This document shows positions 38,157 to 50,009 of a stretch of 64,000 nucleotides of DNA, one piece after another. Location: NCBI RefSeq assembly GCF_964194155.1, contig NC_135883.1, positions 136,648,001 to 136,712,000 of the forward strand, given 5' to 3'. A program made the position numbers and the translations under genes. The notes beneath the pieces are model-generated. The model saw only the letters and a program-made list of their open reading frames with translations, was not told the origin of the DNA and searched no databases. The first letter of the stretch is position 1. Each line of letters opens with the position of its first letter. This stretch comes from Cetorhinus maximus. Its lineage: Eukaryota.

Positions 38157-38507
38157 TAGGGTCGCCAACCCTCCAGGATTTGCCTGGAGTCTCCAGGAAT
38201 TGACGATCAATCTCCAGGGCACTGCTGTGTGCAGCCCTGGAGAAAAATCATCGAGAGATTAAAAAGTTATTTTTTTCATTTTCTTTGAACTTTTCGCTTT
38301 TCCAGATAGGAAAATATTGAAAATGGCAAAAAAGGCTGCTTGGCTGATAGTCGGCCATCATCCGATTGGGGAATGAGTCTTTTTGCTCTCTAATTGGCGT
38401 AGGAAGGCAGTGCGTCACATTGTGTTGGCTGACTAATGGCTGGAGTGTGGTGGCAAGTCATGTCATGAAACCTCCAGGGATGCATTTAATCGCAGTTTGC
38501 AACCCTA
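38157..38507. mobile_element. hAT-type MITE
   Basis: TIR TAGGGTCGCCAAC / GTTTGCAACCCTA; 8-bp TSD AATGAAAC / ACTGAAAC (7 of 8 match). Confidence 0.85.
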
Positions 38508-38959
38508 ACTGAAACACAGAGATGAAAAGCGCCTGAAATGGCCGGTGAGCCCATTTTCAATTCTAAAAAGCAGCCTGTCTTACTCTGTAATGAATTATTG
38601 ATGCCTTTTTATCAAGGGTAAATTTCAAAGGCACTGTATGCTTTCCCAGGAACCAGGTGTAAAAGGATTCAAGCTTCCATTAAAGCCACATTAATGAAAT
38701 TGTTGCTGTAGTCAGCAGATTGGATAACATGGACCATTATTCATAAACAACACCTTTTCACCTATAGGATGTACATTTGAATCCAGGCCACAGAAGAGAT
38801 GAAGATCAATTGCCTTTGGCAGCTGTTAACACCACAGGCAGAATTAACTCTGACTGTGTCGACGAAAGTCCCACTAAAAAGTGTATACTTAAAAAAATCC
38901 TTTTTTCCTTGTCTCCTCTCCTCCATATTTTGGAAATGTATTCTATTTGGTTTTTAGAA

Positions 38960-39290
38960 AAGAAAGAATTGCATTTTTATAACGCCTTTCACGACCTCGG
39001 ACTTTTGAAGTGTAGTCACTGTTGAAATGTAGGAAATGTGAGAACCAATTTGCATAGATCAAGGCCTCAAAAACCAGATCAATTGCAAGATAATCTGTTC
39101 TAGGTGTAGATTAAAAGAGAAATATTGGTCAGGACATCAGAGGTAACTTCCCTGTTCTTCTTTGAATGTGTGCCAAGAGATCTTTTACATCCACCTGGGA
39201 GGAGATAGGGGTCTCATCTGAAAGACAGCACTCTGACTGTGCTGATTCCCTCTCGTATTGCAATGGAGTGTTAGCCTAGATTAAATTCTC
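38960..39290 (-). mobile_element. DeuSINE-type SINE
   Basis: Antisense core GATCTTTTACATCCACCTG...TCTCATCTGAAAGACAGCAC. Confidence 0.75.
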
Positions 39291-39489
39291 CAGCCCACTC
39301 TGTGATTAAAGAGCAGCCAAATAACTTTCACTCAGTCGTCTGAACATGCTGAAGTGCACGAGGACTTTCCCTGATGACTCTCTTTCTCCCTATGCAACAA
39401 TTTATATTACTTGGTGATTTTTTTTCTAATGGCATAGCTGGTATTATGAGGGAAAATATAGAAGCAACACTGATTAGTAACACAGAGCC

Positions 39490-40175
39490 CATCAGCTGTT
39501 GCTTAGCTAATCGCACTCTCACCCCTAAATCGGAAGGTTGTGGGTTCAAGTTCCATTCTAGAGACTTGAACATAAAAATCTAGGCTGAAACTCCAGTGCT
39601 GCACTGAGGAAATGCTGCACTGTCCAAGGTGCTGTCTTTCAGATAAGATACTGAGCTGAGGTCCTATCTGCTCTGTCAGGTAGGTGTGAAGGATGGAGCG
39701 GCATCAAGGCCCCATCTGCCTGTTCAGGTGGATGTAAAAGATCCCATACACTATTTTGAGGAAGAGAAGTGTCCGAGTCAAAATTTATCCCTCAATCAAC
39801 ATCACAAACAGATTGTTTGGTCATTATCACATTGTTGTTTGTGTGAGTTTTCTGAGTGCATTTAGCCGCTACATTTCCTACATTACAACAGTGACTACAT
39901 TTTTTAAAAAAGTACTTCATTGGCTATCAAGCACTTTGAGACATCTGGTGGTTGTGAAAAGCACTATGTAAATGCAAGTCTTTCTTTCAACATCACCAGA
40001 ACAGATCATTTGCTCATTATCATATTGCTGTTTGTGGAATTTTGCTGTGTGCAAATTGACAAACGTACTTCCTACATCAAAAAGTTGATAATACTTCCAA
40101 CGCTCTTCACTGGTGGTAAATCACTTTGGGATATTGTAATAAATGCAATTTATAAATGTAATCATTTCTTTCTTC
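39490..40175 (+). mobile_element. Full-length DeuSINE-type SINE with internal and 3' duplications
   Basis: B-box GGTTCAAGTTCC at ~39543; Deu-like core; the GG(T/C)CC.ATCTGC...TCAGGT segment occurs twice; tail repeated at ~39990-40175. Confidence 0.8.
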
Positions 40176-40223
40176 TATCAGAATACAGAGAGGTAAACTC
40201 GTATCTTCAATGTATGAGTGGTA

Positions 40224-40640
40224 ATAAGACCATAAGAAGTAGGAGCAGGAGTAGGCCATTCGGCCCATTGAATCTACCCCTCTTGGCTGATCTGATAATC
40301 CTCAACTCCACTTTCCTGCCTTTTCTCTATTACCCTTGATTCCCTTGCTGATTAAAAATCTGTCTATCTCAGCCTTGAATATACTTAATGACCCAGCCTC
40401 TACAGTCCTCTGCAGTAAAGAATTCCACAGATTCACTACCCTCTGAGAGAAGAAATTCCTCCTCATCTCTGTCTTAAATGGGCGACCCCTTACTCTGAGA
40501 TTATGCCCTCTGGTCCTAGACTCTCCCACAAGGGGAAACAACCTCTCAGCATCTACCCTGTCAAGCCCCCTAAAAATCTTATATGTTGCAATAAGGTTGC
40601 CTCTCATTCTTCTGAATTCCAATGAGTACAGGCCCAGAGT
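40224..40640 (-). mobile_element. CR1 LINE 3' fragment (young)
   Basis: ORF 40302-40655 LGLYSLEFRRMRGNLI.TYKI...TRGHNL...FFSQRVVNLWNSL. Confidence 0.92.
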
Positions 40641-40666
40641 GGACAGTTTGCCCATTATAAAACATA

Positions 40667-42360
40667 TGTGGAGTCTGTACTCTGTGTGGAGTCTATAACC
40701 TGTATGGAGTCTGTAATCTGTCTGGAGTATGTAATCTGTCTGGAGTTTGTAACCTGTATGGAGTCTGTAACCTGTTTGGAGTCTGTAGCCTGTGTGGAGT
40801 CTGTAACCTGTTTGGAGTCAGTAGCCTGTGTGGAGTCTGTAACCTGTGTGGAGTATGTAGTCTGTATGGAGTCTGTAAACTGTGTGGAGTCTGTAACCTG
40901 TGTGGAGTCTGTAATTTGTCTGGGGTATGTAATCTGTCTGGAGTTTGTAACCTGTGTGGAATCTGTAAACTGTGTGAAGTCTGTAACCTGTGTGGAGTCT
41001 GTAACCTGTGTGGAGTCTGTAATCTGTGTGGAGTCTGTAACCTGTGTGGAGTCTGTAATCTGTGTGGAGTCTGTAACCTGTGTGGAGTATGTAAGCTGTC
41101 TGGAGTCTGTAACCTGTGTAGAGTCTGTAACCTGTGTGGAGTCTGTAATCTGTCTGGAGTCTGTAACCTGTGTGGAGTCTGTAACCTGTGTGGAGTCTGT
41201 AACCTGTGTGGAGTCTGTAATCTGTGTGGAGTCTGTAACCTGTGTGGAGTCTGTAACCTGTGTGGAGTCTGTAACCTGTTTGGAGTCTGTAACCTGTGTG
41301 GAGTCTGTAATCTGTGTGGAGTCTGTAACCTGTGTGGAGTCTGTAACCTGTGTGGAGTTTGTAATCTGTGTGGAGTCTGTAACCTGTGTGGAGTCTGTAA
41401 TCTGTCTGGAGTCTGTAAACTGTGTGGAGTCTGTAACCTGTTTGGAGTCTGTAGCCTGTGTGGAGTCTGTAACCTGTGTGGAGTCTGTAACCTGTTTGGA
41501 GTCTGTAGCCTGTGTGGAGTCTGTAACCTGTGTGGAGTCTGTAACCTGTGTGGAGTCTGTAATCTGTCTGGAGTCTGTAACCTGTGTGGAGTATGTAGTC
41601 TGTATGGAGTCTGTAAACTGTGTGGAGTCTGTAACCTGTGTGGAGTCTGTAACCTGTGTGGAGTCGGTAACCTGTGTGGAGTCTGTAACCTGTGTGGAGA
41701 CTGTAATCTGTCTGGAGTCTGTAACCTGTGTAGAGTCTGTAACCTGTGTGGAGTCTGTAATCTGTCTGGAGTCTGTAACCTGTGTGGAGTCTGTAACCTG
41801 TGTGGAGTCTGTAACCTGTGTGGAGTCTGTAATCTGTCTGGAGTCTGTAACCTGTGTGGAGTCTGTAACCTGTTTGGAGTCTGTAGCCTGTGTGGAGTCT
41901 GTAACCTGTGTGGAATCTGTAACCTGTTTGGAGTCTGTAGCCTGTGTGGAGTCTGTAACCTGTGTGGAGTCTGTAACCTGTGTGGAGTATGTAGTCTGTA
42001 TGGAGTCTGTAAACTGTGTGGAGTCTGTAACCTGTGTGGAGTCGGTAACCTGTGTGGAGTCGGTAAACTGTCTGGAGTCTGTAACCTGTGTAGAGTCTGT
42101 AACCTGTGTGGAGTCTGTAATCTGTCTGGAGTCTGTAACCTGTGTGGAGTCTGTAACCTGTGTGGAGTCTGTAATCTGTGTGGAGTCTGTAAACTGGCTG
42201 ATTTGTATACTCTATTTGGATTTTGTAAACTGTCTGGATTCTATAACTTGTTTGAGTTCAATAACTTCACTGGATTCTATACTCATCTGGAGTCTTTATT
42301 CCACCTGTCCTCTGTAACTTGTCTGGACCCTATAACCATCTGGAGTCTATAATCTGTTTG
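40667..42360. repeat. 18-bp minisatellite (TGTGTGGAGTCTGTAACC)n, about 85 good units plus a degenerate 3' flank
   Basis: Exact 18-nt periodicity from 40667 to ~42196, decaying to ~42360. Confidence 0.97.
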
Positions 42361-42840
42361 TATTCAATAGTCTGTCTGTATTCTATATCATGCCTGGATT
42401 TCTAGAACAGATGGCTGATCTGCTCTGCCCATTTATCATTCATGTGGGGAAGTTGAAAAATTTACCCTACAGGCTATTAAAGATTAACAAAATGTTTGTG
42501 TGGGTGAAGAGGTTTTCAAAACCTTTTACTTACGGATCTGTATGTAGCAATCTGTACCAACAATCCGAAGGTCTGGTTTCACGTGAAGAGTTGATTGATA
42601 TCCCACCTCACTATCCAGCTTTGCTGATTGTCAGTTTTGACCATTCGTAGCCTCTCAATGTCAGGTGTATAGGATTACTCTTTATTTCCTCCTTTCCCCT
42701 GCGTGGCTACCGGTGAAAACTTGTTCAAATCCATTGGTCATCCGCCTCTCCAGTGTTTAATCTTTTTTTTTCCAAAAATGTACTTTATTCCTAAAATTTA
42801 TATATAATACCATTACTTGGCCATTCAAAGTTAACATTAC

Positions 42841-42941
42841 GGCCGGGATTTACCGGCCCCGTCATGGTGGGACCCGCCGCGGGCGAGGCGATGCCTCAGC
42901 CAGAAGTCCATTGACTTGTGGCGGGACCGGAAAGTCGCGGC
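42841..42941. mobile_element. ~100-bp MITE
   Basis: TIR-like GGCCGGGATTTACCGG / CCGGAAAGTCGCGGC; CpG-rich island in AT-rich flanks. Confidence 0.55.
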
Positions 42942-43581
42942 GTATATAAAGCGTAAAACAAATCAGTTTCTTTTACAGTATGTGGCACCTTGAGTTGCCC
43001 CACTACATTTGCAGTTACAGTTAACATTTGCAATATTCATTTCATATCAAACATACTGGCATTCTGTATAAATAAACCTGGTCACTGAGTGTCGGTAGCT
43101 TATCCTTGTGGGGATGAGCAAACCAGAGGTAAACTCCACATTCTTTCCTCACAGTGACCTCGTTATTAATCCACCCCCACAATGGGCTGTGGGGAAAGGT
43201 GATGGGGGGGTTGGTGTGGGTGGTAAGGTGGCAGTGGTGGTCGTTCAAGTGTTAACTATGGGAAATGCGCCTGCCATGTTTTTCAATGTGACTGATACCA
43301 GGATGTCTGAGTGGAGAAGCTGGACACTTAATTAACATATTTAAATCTGGCTCACACAGTGCAATTGGGAACTGAACTGAAAACCTTCTGCTGCTGCTGC
43401 AAGGGTTTCCCAGGAATTGGATAACTCAGCAGTGAAAGGAGGTGCGGGTTGTGGACTTTATGAGCACTTTTAGCACTCCTTGCAGGCCAGGAGGAACAGG
43501 ACTGTGCCCCAGAGGCCCACAAGGAAGCCTCTCCCTCCACCAGACCTGATCACCAGCCTTCTTCTCCCAGGCCCGATCACC

Positions 43582-44356
43582 TGCAGCCTCCCTCCCCCAT
43601 GTCCTGCACCAGCCTACCTCCCCTTTGGTCTGCACCAGCCTCTCTCCCGCATGTCCTGCCCCATTCTCCCTCTCCCATGTCCTGCCCCATTCTCCCTCTC
43701 CCATGTCCTTCCCCAGCCTCCCTCCCCCATGTCCTGCACCAGCCTCCCTCCCCCATGTCCTGCACCAGCCTCCCTCCCCCATGTCCTGTACCAGCCTCCC
43801 TTCCCCATGGTCTGCACCAGCCTCTCTCCCTCATGTCCTGTACCAGCCTCCCTCTCCCATGTCCTGCACCAGCCTCCCTCCCCCATGTCCTGCTCCAGCC
43901 TCTCTTCCCCATGTCCTGCACCAGCCTCTCTCCCCCATGCCCTGCTCCAGCCTCCCTCCCCCATGCCCTGCTCCAGCCTCCCTCCCCCATTTCCTGCCCC
44001 AGCCTCTCTCCCCCATGTCCTGCTCCAGCCTCCCTCCCCCATGCCCTGCTCCAGCCTCCCTCCCCCATGCCCTGCTCCAGCCTCCCTCCCCCATTTCCTG
44101 CCCCAGCCTCTCTCCCCCATGTCCTGCTCCAGCCTCCCTCCCTCATGTCCTGCTCCAGCCTCTTTCCCCCATGTCCTGCTCCAGCCTCCCTCCCCCATGT
44201 CCTGCTCCAGCCTCCCTCCCCCATGGTCTGCTCCAGCCTCCCTCCCACATGTCCTGCTCCAGCCTCTTTCCCCCATGTCCTGCTCCAGCCTCCCTCCCCC
44301 ATGTCCTGCACCAGCCTCCCTCCCCCATGGTCTGCACCAGCCTCCCTCCCCCATGT
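43582..44356. repeat. 26-bp minisatellite (CATGTCCTGC[A/T]CCAGCCTCCCTCCCC)n, about 30 units
   Basis: 26-nt periodicity, e.g. CAT at 43728 and 43754. Confidence 0.96.
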
Positions 44357-46234
44357 TCAAAAGGTCCTCCTGTTAAGTTTAGCAAGGCAACAGCATCCCA
44401 GGCCTTGACTGGCTGTTCAGTCATTTCACCATCATCCTCCCATTCTCCCCTCCTCCCTGTAAATATTGGAGCCTATGTATCAATGGGAACAAGCTTAGAA
44501 AGTAATCTTAGAAAAAGTATATATCTTTGAACAGCTTTAATGGCTGCTTCGGTATCTTCTTAATGAGCCACACATATTCAAAGCAAAGGAAACCAATTCC
44601 TAATAGGCAGAATAACAAGGGTAGCTCTGGATAGGGGAGTGGAGGCAAACATCCTGAAATTATTGAAGGAATTTTTGGTAATTGTGAGCGAAGATTGTAG
44701 ACCATTTCCCGTTGGACGAATTAACAACGTCTGTATCTACTTTGTGTCAGTGTGTGTACGTAAAGTGCACCTAATGATACTATCACATTTTTCATGAAAA
44801 TGATGATAACATCACTTATGAAAACAGATAACACTGAGAGAAAATAATTTTACAGCATTGTCACCAGATCCATCTTATGCTTCAATTTGTGGGATATGAT
44901 TTAACTTTGTAACATGCATTATCAGATCAACCCACTCAGGGTATGCGTCATATCCCATGACTCTGCATGTCTAACCAATAGTCTTTATGGCATGTCTCAT
45001 GTCTATCGAGGGATTTCAGGAACTCGGCTCAGTTCAGGAGCTACCACCCGGAGGGAAGTTGTCTGCCCATTACAAAACACACGGGCAATTCAATTCGTGG
45101 AATTTGAATATTAGTCAGGCCTCTCGTCAATGGCATTGGGCAAGTTGTGCCCACTCTCCATCAGACTCCTGTCAAACTGAGAATGACCCTCTTTGTGTTT
45201 GAGTATTAGATGTGAACAGAATGGGATTGGGCTGTGTTAAGACTCTGCTGTTCAATCACTAGCCAACATGCTCTAGGCTCACACAGGAAGACTGGCCTTT
45301 TGGGCAAGGTACTAAGGGGCAATTGGGGGCGTGGAACCATGACACAGAAAATGGTCAAAGACTTCTAGAGATGTGGGAAGCTGAGGGAAAAGGACAACAG
45401 AGAAGAAGCTGAAGGGAAAAAGCTGTACTGTTGCTTTATGATTCCCATGTTAGTTAAAATAATTTGGAAAAGTCCGAAACTACCCATATATCCTTGCTGT
45501 CGGATTATCCTGGTAAACCACTTTCATGTTGCAATAAACTACGAGAAATTGTTCAACGGAAAAAAAAATGTAACGTTGAATGACCAAATCGACGTAAACA
45601 GGATATACTGTGAACTGGTGCCATGTGACACACTGTTCAATGTGTTGCAATAAAATAGGTGACTTTGACACTTTGATATAAACATGGCCATTCCAACAGG
45701 ATATTTATTGTTTATAATCAATCTTAAAACTCTTCCCCTGCTGAATAAACAGGAAATTCACATGGACAGCACAACAAATGTAACTAGCACTTTTAAGAGT
45801 TAATTTCATTCAATGGAGTAAACAAGGATAGTAAAGCATGAGATACTAAGTCACATTTCACTGATAAAAATGACCCCATCACCAAGGGTCACAATTACCT
45901 TCTATAGATAGTCCTCATTAGTGCACTATAAAAATGTATTTACTCACATTTATTCATGACATTCTCTGTTTATACAAAGAAGGATGACTATTTTAAAGTA
46001 GAAAAGTTATTGTGTCTTTATTTTAGGGTGTTTATAACAGTAAAAATTTACCTCCATCCTGTTAGCTTAGTTCAGCTAAAGGAGCTGAATTGTTGATCAA
46101 CTCTTAAGGTTTGATATCAGGCACTTTGAGCATATGTTGTAATAATAGAAGAAAATAGCAATTCCTACTGTCCTTAATTTAAATGATCAAAACTCTTGCT
46201 TCCCTGATGGCTGACTGTTTGAAACAGTAAAAGA

Positions 46235-46570
46235 AGGAATTTGCATTTTAATAGTCCCTTAGCGCTACTCCTATAAGTATTCCAAAGTTATTCCCATACA
46301 CTGAATGAACAAGCAATGCTGTTACTGAGAGATAGGAAACAGAATACTAAAATAACTTCCTGCCATTCTTCAATTAGTGTCACGGGATCCTTAAAGTCCA
46401 CCTGAAAAGGCAGAGGGGTGTGCCATTTTAATATCTCATCCAAAGAATGTCACCTCTGACAATGAAGTATGGCCTACCTGCTTCACTCATTAGCCCAAGT
46501 TATCCATTGAAGTCCAGGAATGAGGCTTCAACCTGCAACCCCCTATGTGCTAGCAAATGAGCCAAACAGA
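46235..46570 (-). mobile_element. DeuSINE-type SINE, degenerate
   Basis: Antisense GGGATCCTTAAAGTCCACCTGAAAAGGCAG...TCTCATCCAAAGAATGTCACCTCTGACA. Confidence 0.6.
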
Positions 46571-46631
46571 ACTTGGACAGCCATTGGAGGTAGAACCTAA
46601 GAGACAGTAGTATTATGCAACTAGGACTCCA

Positions 46632-48450
46632 AAGAACGTAAGAAATAGGAGCAGGAGTAAGCCATTTGGCCCCTTGAGCCTGTTCCGTCATTCAATAAGA
46701 TCATGGCTGATCTGATTATGGCCTTAACTCTACTTTCCTGCCTGCCCCCCCATAACCCTTGCCTCCCTTGTAGATCAAAAATACGTCGAATTCAACCTTG
46801 AATATATTCAATGACTCAACCTCCATTGCCCTCAGGGATACAGAATTCTGAAGATTAACAATCCTCAGAGTGATGAAACCGCTCCTCAACTCCACCTTAA
46901 ATTGGAGAATACTTATTTTGAAACTGTGCCCCCTAGTTCTAGATTCCCCCATGAGGGAAAACATCCTCCCAACATGTGCCCCATCAAAACCCCTCAGAAT
47001 CTTATATGTTTCGATAAGATCAACTGGCATTCTTCTAAACTCCAGAAGATGCTCCTCAAAAGACAAACTCTTCATCCCAGAAATCAACCCAGTGAATCTT
47101 CTCTGAACTGCCTCCAAAGCAAATGCGGAGACAGAAACTGGACAAGGTGTGGTCTCAGCAATACCATATACTGTTATACTCCATCCCCTTGCAATAATGG
47201 CCATTTGCCTTCCTAATTACTTGCAGAACCTGCATACTAATATTTTGTGATTCATACACCCAGATCCCTCTGTACTGCAGCATTCTTTAGTCTCTCTCCA
47301 TTTAAATAAATTTCTGCTTTTTGATTCTTTCCACCAAAGTGGGCAACTTCACATTTTCCCATATTATACTCCATCTGCCAATTTTTTGCCCACCCACTTA
47401 ACCGATCCATAACCCATTGCATCCTCATCGTGTCCTCCTCACAACTTGCTTTCTGACCTATCTTTGTATTGTTAGCAAATTTGGCTACAGTACACTCTGT
47501 TCCTTCATCCAAGTAATTAATGTAGATTGTAAATAGTTGAGGTCGCAGCACTGATCTCTGTGGCACTCCACTAGTTACAGTTTGCCGACTGGAAAAATGA
47601 CCCAATTATCCTGACTGGCTTTAATTTTGCCAGTTGGGCAGATGGCCCAACAGCAGCCGGAGATGCATGTTGCTGGCTTACACAGGAGGCTGGCAGGCCT
47701 TCTCTCCTAATTTTACAGGTGGCAGCCTGTGCTCTCCTATTATATGGATGGCAGGCCGCTGCTGAGGGTTGCTGCACAATCAGAGGGCTGGCAGCTCAGC
47801 AGCCTCAGCAACGCCACCAGGAGCAACTGGCTACAGCTGAGGCAGGCTGGGGCCCAGCAGCCTACAGCAGGCAGGCAAGAAAATCTTTTTAAAAAATTCC
47901 AGCACCAAGTGCTGGAGCAAGAAACTCCTCAGGCGATATCATTGGAGACACGGGGGGGCTGCTGTCCCTGCCTGCGGCCTCCTCTTTGCTTAAAAAATCC
48001 ATCCCTCTCCCTCCTGCCTGCCCTTCCCCCTCCTGCCCAGGGCTGCCACCAGGAGGCCGCCTTCATTTAGCTGGTGGGGTTGGAGGGGTTGATCTGTCGT
48101 CAGCCAAACGGTGACAGCCAGGATAAATGGCCTTTAATAGGGCCTTTACCTATTCAAATTGGCTGCCCACGACCTTGGGGTGGGCTGCCTGCCTGACTCT
48201 GGCCCCGCCATTGTTAAAATTTCCTGGCAATGGGACATGGTAGGGGAGCCGTTCCGCCAAGGCTCCCCGCGATTTTACCAGCCCCCTCGCCTCCACTGCC
48301 GCCTCCTGGGGGCCGATAAAATTCTACCCTCTGTTTCCTGTCAGTTAGCCCGTCCTCTATCCATGATAATATATCACCCCCAACACCATGGGCTCTTATA
48401 TTGTATAGTAACCTTTAATGTGGCACCTTTAAAATGTCTTTTAGAAATCC
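46632..48450 (-). mobile_element. CR1 LINE 3' part interrupted by a MITE at 47617-48329
   Basis: [24 protein letters not shown]...KFANNTK RT motif; CR1 sequence resumes at 48330. Confidence 0.88.
47617..48329. mobile_element. Harbinger-type MITE inserted in CR1
   Basis: TIR-like GGCTTTAATTTT / AAAATTCTACCC; splits the CR1 motif ...ATCCTGACT|TCTGTTTCCTG. Confidence 0.65.
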
Positions 48451-48484
48451 TGGATGAAACGGTCCTCGTTGTCCTTTTGCTCAC

Positions 48485-49366
48485 CATTGTAACCAACCAG
48501 GAAAAAGACTCTGTCCAGCTGCTCCTCCTTGTCATTGTCATTCTCATTTTCCTCCTTCTCTGTCCCATGTTGTGGTGGATCTGCACGGAAGGAAAATTAC
48601 AGTTAATGAGGAGTGAACAATGTGCCCTTGAGCTGAAAGAGACAAAGAAGAGGGTAGAATATTCTGTCTGTGTGGTACTTTATAGGGACACCGGGGTGGC
48701 ACTGTTCAGTCATTTGTCTGGTACTGGCAATCTCCCACTGCAAGAGCTGAATGCCTCCCCATTGGTTTCATGGTCTTTTCTTCAAATATAGCAAGGTATT
48801 AAGGGTGAGTCAGCCTCTCATGAGCATTGTGCGCTAATTTATTTTGCAAGAAAATAGGAGTAAATGAGAGAAAGTACAGCACAAAGGAGTTTGCACCAAC
48901 AGGAGGGCTGAAATAATACTCGTGGTGATATGAGTCTGTTAAAGTGAAGGAAGGGGTCCAAGGATTCTGCATGTGGTTAAATACTGTCAGGGCAGTTGGA
49001 TAACCATAGTGCAAGATGTTTCTATGTTCTTAAGATGCAGAACCAAAGAGCACTGTGAGGGTTAGTTGAACAAGCATTGCTTCTAAAGAGTCCAAAATAT
49101 GCTGAAGGCCTGGGTCAGCAAGAAAGAAAAGGAGAGAAAAGGAGTGTTACTTTAACTGTCCTGGTGAGGGCATTTAATTTTTTCTGGCTTTGGCCTGCAG
49201 TCCTGGGGTGAATGAGTTGACCGTCAAGGATAGTGTCACTATTCTTGATATTTTTGGGTGATTTGCTGGCATCCACAGCCAAGACCTTGTCTTCAATATA
49301 CTTCGGGAGAGCTTGGAGACCTGAACCAGTGAAGTTCTCTGTTCTTGTTCTCTAGGTTGGTGCCAT
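48485..49366 (-). pseudogene. Highly decayed Harbinger Myb/SANT-like gene remnant
   Basis: MAPT*RTRTENFT...LQAL...PRTAGQSQKKLNALTRTVK|gtaa; exon 2-like NKLAHNAHER; further exon-like piece at 48485-48580. Confidence 0.55.
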
Positions 49367-49599
49367 ACCCTCCCTCCTTCTTGGTGCTGATATTACTGAT
49401 GTTATGATTTTTTAAATCAAACATGAGAGTGACAGTGAAGTTAGTTGTGAGTTAAGTCAGTGAACCAAGCACTACACCTTCCATATTTAGTGCCCGCAAG
49501 TCTGAGTTACCTATTTAGAGGCTCCATTGCAATTCCCGTAATGTAAGTACTTTCATTACATGCGCTCATATTGCAAGAGATTCATGCCAATAAACTATT

Positions 49600-49880
49600 C
49601 CAATAAATATTTAAATTAGTTCAAATCCCATCAAGGCAATTTGCGAAAAATTTCATTATTCATAGATAGATAAAATAACAATAAAAATATGCAGGATTGT
49701 TGTAAAAACCCCACTGGTTCACCAATATCCTTCAGGAAAAGGAAGCTACTGCCCTCCACTGCCTCCGCGCACCTGCCCCCCCCACCCCCCACCCCCACAC
49801 CACCCCACTGCCCCCCACCACCCCACTCCCCTCCCTGAAGTTCCCAACCTGGTTTACATGTGATTCCACATGTTTGAAAT
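49600..49880 (+). mobile_element. tRNA-SINE fragment homologous to the 5' end of the 32.5-kb LINE
   Basis: B-box AGTTCAAATCCC (49618-49629); GATTGTTGTAAAAACCCCACTGGTTCACCAATATCCTTCAGGAAAAGGAA matches 32598-32650. Confidence 0.6.
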
Positions 49881-50009
49881 GCACTTATGGTAATCACTTC
49901 AAATAGTCATATTGTGGCCTATACCCAGCAGGACTCCACTGAGCTTACCTAACCTCGTTCCATTGAGATCATGGTTAGGATTGAACATGAAATTAATTTT
50001 GGACAACAT

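Noticed and set aside
39490-39560. tRNA genes here and at 5752, 32506 and 54865
   Set aside because: Only degenerate A/B boxes at SINE or LINE heads; no complete cloverleaf
40668-42352. 549-aa and 478-aa ORFs as protein-coding genes, or the array as a CRISPR
   Set aside because: The ORFs follow directly from an 18-bp unit without stops in those frames; there are no unique spacers and no cas genes, and the context is eukaryotic
43426-44530. Multiple 240-300 aa Pro- or Gly-rich ORFs
   Set aside because: All are readings of the 26-bp minisatellite
45100-45400. SINE-like degenerate segment
   Set aside because: Resembles a shark interspersed repeat from memory only; no promoter boxes, TSD or second copy in the window
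48159-48791. 210-aa ORF with a hydrophobic stretch
   Set aside because: It spans a MITE, a CR1 piece and the antisense of a Myb-gene remnant, so it is a composite artefact
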